Origin: an uncultured Gemmatimonadales bacterium
GTDB lineage: Bacteria > Gemmatimonadota > Gemmatimonadetes > Gemmatimonadales > Gemmatimonadaceae
Assembly (NCBI GenBank): GCA_963793305.1
Contig: CAWBZV010000003.1
Span: 608,001 to 672,000 of the forward strand
DNA: 64,000 nucleotides
Direction: 5' to 3'
Shown in pieces: positions 26,879 through 33,826 of the stretch. The notes beneath the pieces were generated by a model that was not told where the DNA came from, did not search any database, and worked only from the letters and a program-made list of their open reading frames with translations. Position 1 is the first letter of the stretch. Each line of letters starts with the position of its first letter. The translations under genes and the position numbers were made by a program.

Positions 26879-27765
26879 GACTTTCCGATGCGATGGTCGA
26901 GCACCTCCGGGGACTCACGGACTGGCCCGACCTGACCGGGACACGATACGAGATTCGAAACATCATCGGGCGCGGTGGTATGGGCACCGTGTACGTAGCG
27001 CTCGATCACGCGCTGGAGCGCGAGGTCGCCATCAAGGTCCTGAGCGTCGAGGATCACGCGCGGGCCGAGCGGCTGGCGCGCGAAGCGCGCATCCTGGCGC
27101 GCCTCGAGCATCCCGGCCTCGTGCCCGTGCACGATTACGGTGTGCTCGGCGATGGGCGGCCGTACTATGTCATGAAATACGTGCGCGGCGCGCGGCTCGA
27201 CGAGTACGCCGCGACCGCGGCCGAGTCGCACGAGAAACTGCGCATCTTTCTCCGCATCTGCGAGACGATCGCGTTCGCGCACGCGGCCGGTGTCATCCAT
27301 CGCGATCTCAAGCCCGAGAACGTGATGATCGGGGCGTTCGGCGAAGTGCTCGTGCTCGACTGGGGAACCGCACGAGTGCTGGGCGATCTGGAGACGACGG
27401 CCGCTACCGTTGTGGGCACGCCTGGGTACATGGCGCCCGAGCAGCTCGACGGACACGCGGACCTGTGCGATGCGCGCACCGACATCTATGCGCTCGGCGC
27501 CGTTCTCGAGTGTCTGTGCTCCGGTGAGCATGCGGCGGTCGATGCGATCGCCTTGACGGCCACGGCCGAGCATCCGGACGATCGCTACCAGAGCGTGCAG
27601 GCGCTCGCGGCGGACGTTGCCCGCCATCTCGCCGGCGAGCCCGTCTCGGTCTACCGCGAGCCTCTCACCGAGCGCTTGGCGCGGCTGGCCGGCAAACACG
27701 CGGTCGCACTCGCGCTCGTCGGCGCCTACATGGTCATGCGCGTCCTGTTGATCGCCTGGCGCTAA
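26875..27765 (+). CDS. Serine/threonine protein kinase with C-terminal TM helix
   Basis: IGRGGMGTVY, VAIKV, HRDLKPEN, DWG and GTPGYMAPEQ motifs; start ATG 26875. Confidence 0.93.
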   Translation: MRLSDAMVEHLRGLTDWPDLTGTRYEIRNIIGRGGMGTVYVALDHALEREVAIKVLSVEDHARAERLAREARILARLEHPGLVPVHDYGVLGDGRPYYVMKYVRGARLDEYAATAAESHEKLRIFLRICETIAFAHAAGVIHRDLKPENVMIGAFGEVLVLDWGTARVLGDLETTAATVVGTPGYMAPEQLDGHADLCDARTDIYALGAVLECLCSGEHAAVDAIALTATAEHPDDRYQSVQALAADVARHLAGEPVSVYREPLTERLARLAGKHAVALALVGAYMVMRVLLIAWR

Positions 27766-27796
27766 AGGATTCGGCTCTATTCGTGGAATAGAGCGC

Positions 27797-28153
27797 ATGA
27801 AAACTCCACTGTACGGCCTCATCCTCGGCGGCGCGCTCGGCATCTTCGACGGCCTCTCCGCCCTCGTCTCAGCTCCCGAAGTCGCCCCCCAAATCGTTGG
27901 TATCGTCGTCGGCTCGACCATCAAGGGACTCATCACGGGCGTGCTGATCGGCGTCTTCGCCCGCAAGGTCCACTCATTTCCACTCGGTCTGGCATTCGGC
28001 CTCGCCGTCGGGATCTTGTTCGCGTACGGCGTCTGTGTGATGAACGTATCGACTGGCCAGAAACCTTATTACTGGCAGATCATGCTGCCCGGCGCGATCC
28101 TCGGGCTCATCGTTGGATACGCTACACAGCGTCATGAAACGATGACGGGCTAG
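27797..28153 (+). CDS. Hypothetical small 4-TM membrane protein
   Basis: 118 aa, glycine-rich hydrophobic helices, typical codon usage. Confidence 0.75.
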   Translation: MKTPLYGLILGGALGIFDGLSALVSAPEVAPQIVGIVVGSTIKGLITGVLIGVFARKVHSFPLGLAFGLAVGILFAYGVCVMNVSTGQKPYYWQIMLPGAILGLIVGYATQRHETMTG

Positions 28154-28185
28154 CGGCTCGAGTCTATCAGATTCGGGTCGCTAGC
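28149..28185 (+). terminator. Stem-loop at 3' end of the 4-TM gene
   Basis: GCTAGCGGCTCGAGTCT-ATC-AGATTCGGGTCGCTAGC pairs throughout allowing G-U. Confidence 0.45.
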
Positions 28186-28247
28186 TAGTGGCGAACGATT
28201 TGTCGGGCGTGTGTCGCAGCATCCAATTCTCATCCAGAGCGTAGAGT

Positions 28248-28333
28248 GCCCGGGTGGTGGAATTGGTAGACACACCGACCTCGCAAATCGGTGACCCGAA
28301 AGGGTCGTGCGGGTTCGAGTCCCGCTCCGGGCA
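28248..28333 (+). tRNA. Type-II tRNA with Leu-like body and CGC (Ala) anticodon; CCA not encoded
   Basis: Acceptor GCCCGGG/TCCGGGC + A73; D-arm GTGGAATTGGTAGACAC; anticodon arm CCGAC-CTCGCAA-ATCGG; variable arm GACCC-GAAA-GGGTC; T-arm GCGGG-TTCGAGT-CCCGC. Confidence 0.88.
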
Positions 28334-28401
28334 CGCTAGCTAGCGCCATTGCCTGTACGAGCGTGATTGCATAAATTGTGGTTACTTGCGAGGTCGGTGT
28401 G

Positions 28402-28431
28402 GGGCTCCGGGGAGAAATCCTCGGGGCTTTT
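28402..28431 (+). terminator. Probable intrinsic terminator downstream of the tRNA
   Basis: GCTCCGGGGA-GAAA-TCCTCGGGGC stem with GNRA loop followed by TTTT. Confidence 0.6.
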
Positions 28432-28452
28432 CACATCGGGGGAGTTCACCTG

Positions 28453-28481
28453 TTGACTTTCGGGATATCTTCGGGTACAAT
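28453..28481 (+). promoter_or_regulatory. Sigma70-type promoter TTGACT-N17-TACAAT, probably leaderless
   Basis: -35 at 28453-28458, -10 at 28476-28481, GTG start 7 nt downstream at 28488. Confidence 0.75.
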
Positions 28482-28487
28482 GTTCGG

Positions 28488-29747
28488 GTGGAGAAGGATC
28501 TTCCGCTCGAGCAAAAACTCGCGATTCTGACAGATCTGGCGACCGACGATCGCGAAGGACCGCCGCCGCCGCGGCTGCGCAATACGAAGTCAGTCGGCGC
28601 GCTCCGACCGCTGAATATCAGACAGATACGAGTCGGACGGTGGAAGACGTCGCTGCTGCGCATTCTCATGACGAATGCATGCAGCTACAACTGCCACTAC
28701 TGCCCAATGCGCCGCGACCGGAACATGCCGCGGACGCTGCTCAAGCCCGAGGAGCTCGTCAAGATCTTCCTCGCGGCGAGGGCCAAGGGATGGTGCGAGG
28801 GGCTGTTCATTACCACTGGCATCCCTGGTCGGCCGCAAAAGGTGATCGATGACCTGATCACCGTGCTCGAACTGCTGCGAGTCAAGCACAAGTTCACGGG
28901 CTACGTGCACGTGAAGATGCCACCGGGCGGACAACCGGCGCAGATCGAGCGACTAACGGCGCTGGCGAGTCGCGTGTCGATCAACCTCGAGACCCCGTGC
29001 GGTCAGACGTTGGAGCAGATCGCGCCGGAGAAGAGTCTCAGCGAGACGCTGGTCAGCCTGGAGCGCTCGCGCACGCTCGTCAATCTCGCGCGCGAAGCCG
29101 AGCGGGATGGGAAGCAGCGCGACCTGTTGGCGCCCGGTGGTGTCGCCGGGATGACGATGCAGTTCGTCGTGGGTGCTACGCCCGATGATGATCGGTCGAT
29201 CGTCGGCCGCGTGACGGCACTCTATGCCGGAGGCGGCATCCATCACGCACATTTCTCCGCCTTCCGCCCGATCCGCGACACGCCCATGGAGAACACCCGA
29301 GCGACTCCCGCTCTGAGAGAGCAGCGGCTGTATCAGGTGGATTATCTCCTGCGCCAGTACGGATTCGGACCGGGCGAGATCGTCTATGACGACACCGGTC
29401 ATCTCCCGCTCGTCACCGACCCCAAGTACGCTTGGGCCCTCGCGCATCCGGCGTCGTTTCCGGTCGAGGTGACGACGGCCGACTATGAGACGCTCATGCG
29501 GGTACCCGGCATCGGCCCGCTCTCGGCCCGCCGACTCGTGGCCGAGCGCCACGCAACCGCGATCCGCGGCCTCGCGGATCTCAGAAAGCTCGGCGTGATC
29601 ACCAAGCGCGCGGCCGGATTTGTCACGCTCCGCGGCCGCCGGCTCAATCCGGTCCGGTGGGAACAACAGCTCGGGATCTGGCGACCCGAAGACGAGATTG
29701 GTAGCTATCATCGGGTATACGAAGTCAGTCCCGGAACATTTCGATAG
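28488..29747 (+). CDS. Putative DNA modification/repair radical SAM protein with C-terminal helix-hairpin-helix
   Basis: LLRILMTNACSYNCHYC, SRVSINLE, FSAFRPI, LREQRLYQVDYLLRQYGF, DPKYAWAL and LMRVPGIGP motifs, as recalled for the UDG-linked rSAM family (TIGR03916). Confidence 0.85.
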   Translation: MEKDLPLEQKLAILTDLATDDREGPPPPRLRNTKSVGALRPLNIRQIRVGRWKTSLLRILMTNACSYNCHYCPMRRDRNMPRTLLKPEELVKIFLAARAKGWCEGLFITTGIPGRPQKVIDDLITVLELLRVKHKFTGYVHVKMPPGGQPAQIERLTALASRVSINLETPCGQTLEQIAPEKSLSETLVSLERSRTLVNLAREAERDGKQRDLLAPGGVAGMTMQFVVGATPDDDRSIVGRVTALYAGGGIHHAHFSAFRPIRDTPMENTRATPALREQRLYQVDYLLRQYGFGPGEIVYDDTGHLPLVTDPKYAWALAHPASFPVEVTTADYETLMRVPGIGPLSARRLVAERHATAIRGLADLRKLGVITKRAAGFVTLRGRRLNPVRWEQQLGIWRPEDEIGSYHRVYEVSPGTFR

Positions 29748-29765
29748 CCTCGATAGGAGCGGCGT

Positions 29766-30065
29766 GTGATCGCGCGGACCTGGCGTGGGGCAACGAAGGC
29801 GAGCGACGGCAATGCGTATGTGGAATACCTCCGGAAGACCGGTATTCGCGAGTACAAGGCAACGCCGGGTAACAAGGGCGTGATCGCGCTGCGTAGGGAG
29901 CGCGACGGCAAAACCGAGTTCTTTCTCGTGTCCCTCTGGGACGGCTGGGACGCCGTCCGTGCGTTCGCCGGTCCCACCCCTGAACGCGCCGTCTTTTATC
30001 CCGAGGATGATCGCTTCCTCGTCGAGCGGGACAACCACGTCGACCACTATGAAGTGATCGAATAG
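29766..30065 (+). CDS. Antibiotic biosynthesis monooxygenase (ABM)-like protein
   Basis: MIARTWRG...PGNKG...SLWDGWDAVRAFAG...AVFYPED; GGAG RBS upstream. Confidence 0.8.
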   Translation: MIARTWRGATKASDGNAYVEYLRKTGIREYKATPGNKGVIALRRERDGKTEFFLVSLWDGWDAVRAFAGPTPERAVFYPEDDRFLVERDNHVDHYEVIE

Positions 30066-30074
30066 TTTGCTGCG

Positions 30075-32681
30075 GTGAGCAGCGAGCTCTTAGATCAACT
30101 ACAAGCGGGCCTGGGGTCGGGATATACGGTCGAACGCGAGATCGGTCGCGGCGGCATGGCGACCGTATTTCTGGCCCACGATCACAAGCACGATCGCTCC
30201 GTCGCGCTCAAAGTCCTGCACGAGCCACTGGCCGCGAGCCTCGGGCCCGCGCGCTTTCGGCGCGAGATCACGCTCGCCGCGCGCCTGCAGCACCCACACA
30301 TCCTCGCCGTGCACGACTCCGGCGAGGCCCAAGGGCTCTTGTGGTTCACGATGCCGTATGTCGACGGCGAGACGCTCCGCTCGCTGCTGAATCGTCAAAA
30401 GCAGCTGCCGGTCGAGAACGCCGTGCAGATCGCTCGCGAGGTCGCCGATGCGCTCGAGTACGCGCACCAGCACGGCGTGATCCATCGCGACATCAAGCCC
30501 GAAAATATTCTCCTGTCGAGCGGCCATGCGCTGGTCGCGGATTTCGGCATCGCGCGAGCCGTGCACCCCGGTGACGGGGATCATGCGCTGACCGAAATCG
30601 GCATGGCGATCGGGACTCCGCGGTACATGAGTCCCGAGCAGGCGCACGCCGAGCGGTCGATCGATGGACGCACGGACGTGTACAGCCTGGCGGCGGTGCT
30701 CTACGAGATGCTCGCCGGTGTGCCGCCGACTGGCCTCTGGACCGGCACGGTCTCGGTGCGCAAAGATCGCCCGTCAGTCCCTGAAGCGATCGACCTCGCG
30801 CTCCAGAAAGCGCTGCAACCGATGCCCGCCGATCGGTTCGCCTCGGCCGGTCAGTTCGCGGAAGCGCTGTCGACGGGGATGAAGCCGCCGCGCGGTCGAC
30901 CCTATGTCGCGTGGGTCGCGGTGGGTATCGCCGTCGCCGCGCTGACATTGCTGGTCGCCCGGTGGCCGGCCCGCGGCGGCACGTCGAAAGTCCTCGCCGT
31001 GCTCCCCTTCGAAAACCTCGGCGCCAGCACGCAGGAGTATTTCGCCGAGGGGCTGACCGATGAGCTCCGCGGGAAGCTCTCGTCGATCGCCGGGCTCAGC
31101 GTGATCGCCACCGGCAGCTCGGAGCAGTATCGCCACACGGAGAAGACCCTGCAGCAGATCGCGCACGAGCTCGGGGTCCGCTATCTGCTGGTTGGCACCG
31201 TGAGCTGGGACGGCAAATCCCGCGTGCGCGTGAGCCCCGAGCTGGTCGAGGTGACGTCGGCGCCGGCGCCGACGACGACGTGGAAGCAAGCGTTCGAGGC
31301 CAATCCCTCCGACGTGTTCTCCGTACAGGCCGACATCGCCGGCCAGGTTGCCTCGGAGCTCGGGCTCGCGCTCGGCACCAGCGCCAAGCGCAAAATGACT
31401 GCCCGCCTGACCGAGAACATTGCGGCGCACGATGCCTACCTCCAGGGTCTCGCGTTGCTGCCGCGCACGATCACGGCCGGGACGGCGACGCCGTCGGCCG
31501 AAGTGGCGCGACAGGCGGCCGCGGCGTTCCGACAGGCCGTGGCGCTCGACTCATCGTTCGCCGCTGCCTGGGCGCGGCTGTCGCTCGTCGACTCGCGCCT
31601 GTACCTGGCGGACGCATCGCCATCCGTGCTCGCCGAATCGCGGACGGCGGCCGAGCGGTCCTTGAGGCTCAACCCGGCGCTCCCCGAGGGCCACCAAGCG
31701 CTCGGCGCCTACTTCGCGAACGGCCCGAGCGATTTCGCGCGGGCGCTGTCGGAGGATTCGATCGGGCTCGCCGCCGCGCCCGAGAACGTCGAGCTGCTCA
31801 CGGCGGCCGGCGTGAATGAGATCAACATGGGGAGGCTCGATGCGGCGATCGAGCGGCTGCGCCATGCGCTGGCGCTCGATCCGCGATCCGTGTTGACGGC
31901 TACGCGACTCGCCGATGCGCTCAATCGCAAAGGCGACTTCGCCGGGGCGCGCGAGGCCGCCGAGCATGGGCTCGGTGTCGATCCGACGAGTCTCGCGCTC
32001 CTGGAGTCGAAAGCCTATGCGCAGCGTGGGCAAGGTGACCTGGGCGGCGCGCGCGCCACGCTCGAGCGAGCGCTCGATGTCGCGCCCACCAACTTCGAGA
32101 TCATCGAGCTCGACGCCATGACGTATCTCATGGGCGGCGATCTCCAGGGCGCGCGGCATGTCCTCCACCAGGCGAGCGCACGGGTCGACTCGGCCGCGCT
32201 CTTCGCGTATGTGGCGACGACGTACGACCTGTACTGGGTGCTCGACGACGCCGAGCAGCGGGCGCTTCTGGCGATGGGGCCCGGGGAGAGCTCGCGGCGC
32301 GATTGGGCGCTGGCGCTCGCGCACACCTACTGGTTGCGTGGGCGCTCGGATGCGGCGAAGGCGTACGCCGACTCGGCGCTGGCTGCGCCGCAAGGGACCG
32401 GCGCTCAGGATATTGCGCTGCTCGGCGTGGCCGAGGCGTATGACGGGCGCCGCGAGGATGCGGTACGCCATGGACATCAGGCCGTGACTGCCGATCCCAT
32501 CGCGACGGATCGGCAGAATGGGCCCTATACCGAGATGTTACTGGCGCGCATCTGGATGCTGGCCGGCCAGCCCGACAGTGCGGCGGCGGCGCTCGCGGTT
32601 GCCGAGAAGGTCCCTGGGTTCTATCTCACGCCGGCGTGGTTGACAATAGATCCGACGTGGGCGCACGTTTTCAGAAAATAG
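30075..32681 (+). CDS. Ser/Thr kinase - TM - TolB-like - TPR protein
   Basis: Kinase motifs GRGGMATV, HRDIKPEN, DFG and GTPRYMSPEQ; LAVLPFENLG TolB-like motif; TPR-like C-terminus. Confidence 0.92.
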   Translation: MSSELLDQLQAGLGSGYTVEREIGRGGMATVFLAHDHKHDRSVALKVLHEPLAASLGPARFRREITLAARLQHPHILAVHDSGEAQGLLWFTMPYVDGETLRSLLNRQKQLPVENAVQIAREVADALEYAHQHGVIHRDIKPENILLSSGHALVADFGIARAVHPGDGDHALTEIGMAIGTPRYMSPEQAHAERSIDGRTDVYSLAAVLYEMLAGVPPTGLWTGTVSVRKDRPSVPEAIDLALQKALQPMPADRFASAGQFAEALSTGMKPPRGRPYVAWVAVGIAVAALTLLVARWPARGGTSKVLAVLPFENLGASTQEYFAEGLTDELRGKLSSIAGLSVIATGSSEQYRHTEKTLQQIAHELGVRYLLVGTVSWDGKSRVRVSPELVEVTSAPAPTTTWKQAFEANPSDVFSVQADIAGQVASELGLALGTSAKRKMTARLTENIAAHDAYLQGLALLPRTITAGTATPSAEVARQAAAAFRQAVALDSSFAAAWARLSLVDSRLYLADASPSVLAESRTAAERSLRLNPALPEGHQALGAYFANGPSDFARALSEDSIGLAAAPENVELLTAAGVNEINMGRLDAAIERLRHALALDPRSVLTATRLADALNRKGDFAGAREAAEHGLGVDPTSLALLESKAYAQRGQGDLGGARATLERALDVAPTNFEIIELDAMTYLMGGDLQGARHVLHQASARVDSAALFAYVATTYDLYWVLDDAEQRALLAMGPGESSRRDWALALAHTYWLRGRSDAAKAYADSALAAPQGTGAQDIALLGVAEAYDGRREDAVRHGHQAVTADPIATDRQNGPYTEMLLARIWMLAGQPDSAAAALAVAEKVPGFYLTPAWLTIDPTWAHVFRK

Positions 32682-32689
32682 GAGAGGCT

Positions 32690-33091
32690 ATGCGGAAACT
32701 CGTGATGGCGGTGGCATGCGTCGTAGGCGCGATCGTGCTCGCGCCCGCGGTGGGGGGAGCGCAGTCGACGGCGACGGCGGCGATGGTCACGTGTAAGGAC
32801 GGGACGACCTCGAAGGGCGGGCAGGGGGCATGCTCGCACCACGGTGGCATCGCTACGGCTTCGCCTACCGGTGCCATGACGACCAGCACGCCTGGAGGCG
32901 GCAAGATCCCCAATCAGACCCCGGCTCCGGCTACGGCTCCTAAGCCGACCAAGACCGGGGCGACGGCGGACTCCGTCGGATCCATCGCGCAGTGCACCGA
33001 CGGCATGTTTTGGGACGGCACCGTGCGGCCAGGGGCATGCTCTGGGCACAAGGGTGTGAAGCGCTGGATGGCGGGCGCGCCGGCGAAGTAA
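32690..33091 (+). CDS. Secreted DUF3761-like protein
   Basis: GGAGAGG RBS; signal peptide; two C-x-DG...GACS-x-H-x-G repeats. Confidence 0.75.
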   Translation: MRKLVMAVACVVGAIVLAPAVGGAQSTATAAMVTCKDGTTSKGGQGACSHHGGIATASPTGAMTTSTPGGGKIPNQTPAPATAPKPTKTGATADSVGSIAQCTDGMFWDGTVRPGACSGHKGVKRWMAGAPAK

Positions 33092-33107
33092 CCGCAGTCT
33101 GTAGCTC

Positions 33108-33143
33108 GGGGCCGCGTGTCGACATGGCACGCGGCCCCTTTTT
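33108..33143 (+). terminator. Intrinsic terminator
   Basis: GGGGCCGCGTG...CACGCGGCCCC followed by TTTTT. Confidence 0.85.
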
Positions 33144-33144
33144 G

Positions 33145-33329
33145 TGCGCGTCGCCTTCGGCGAACGCGCAATCGCCCTCGCGAATGTCCCCACCACGTGC
33201 CGCCGCTAACGCGAACGACGCGCCTTGCGTCTCACTCATCGACATCGCGTAGCATGCGACATGCGCGCGTGCCCGTGTGCACGCGTCTCGTGTGATGCGC
33301 GTCACGCCGAAGGCGTGCGCGCGCACGAG
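33145..33329. repeat. Inverted pair of GAA-triloop hairpins (REP-doublet-like)
   Basis: TGCGCGTCGCC-TTC-GGCGAACGCGCA at 33145-33170 and CACGCC-GAA-GGCGTG within 33287-33329. Confidence 0.5.
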
Positions 33330-33418
33330 TGAGCAAGTCAGGTGATCAAGCACGTGTAGTATGCAGACACCTCGAAGTTCTGCGTTCGGTCCTGCACCAA
33401 GTTCTCGGAGTCGCTCGT

Positions 33419-33826
33419 ATGCGCCGCGCAATCGCTCTTCTACTCAGTGTGATCTCGATCACGTCCGCCCAAGCTCAAGACTCGACGTCAATGTCGGCGA
33501 GAGTCACCGCCGCAAAGCAGTGGGCGACGACGTTCGTATATGGCGTGGTACCGGCCGCCGTGGCCCAGGCGGCAGCGCAATGCCAGGATGGCCTCGCGAA
33601 AGTACGAAGGGGCCAGACGCCGGCGAACACGCTGGTGAGCATCGTGACGATCGGCATGTTCAACCCGATCACGATCCTCGTGACGTGCGCTCTGCCGAGC
33701 GAGAAGCCGGCGATCGATGTGCCGGCCGACGCCACGCTGGATGAGCGGAGAAATGCGCTGGCGGACGCCGTCGATGAGTCGCTCAAGACCCATCGCCCGG
33801 TCGTGGTTCGCTACACGACGGGCTGA
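33419..33826 (+). CDS. Bor/Iss-like exported protein
   Basis: FVYG...QCQDGLAKVRRGQTPANTLVSIVTIGMFNPITILVTC resembles Bor family; start ATG 33419 after GGAG. Confidence 0.6.
   Translation: MRRAIALLLSVISITSAQAQDSTSMSARVTAAKQWATTFVYGVVPAAVAQAAAQCQDGLAKVRRGQTPANTLVSIVTIGMFNPITILVTCALPSEKPAIDVPADATLDERRNALADAVDESLKTHRPVVVRYTTG

Noticed and set aside
28280..28287. Reading the tRNA anticodon as GCA (Cys) or CAA (Leu)
   Set aside because: Either register removes U33 and breaks the 7-nt loop geometry; tRNA-Cys would also need U73 and a short variable arm.
28248..28333. Selenocysteine tRNA or allo-tRNA
   Set aside because: Acceptor/T stems are the standard 7/5, not 8/5, 8/4 or 9/3, and there is no UCA anticodon.
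28334..33100. Genomic island or prophage integrated at the tRNA
   Set aside because: No integrase, no duplicated tRNA 3' end seen in the window, no compositional shift, and downstream genes look host-typical.
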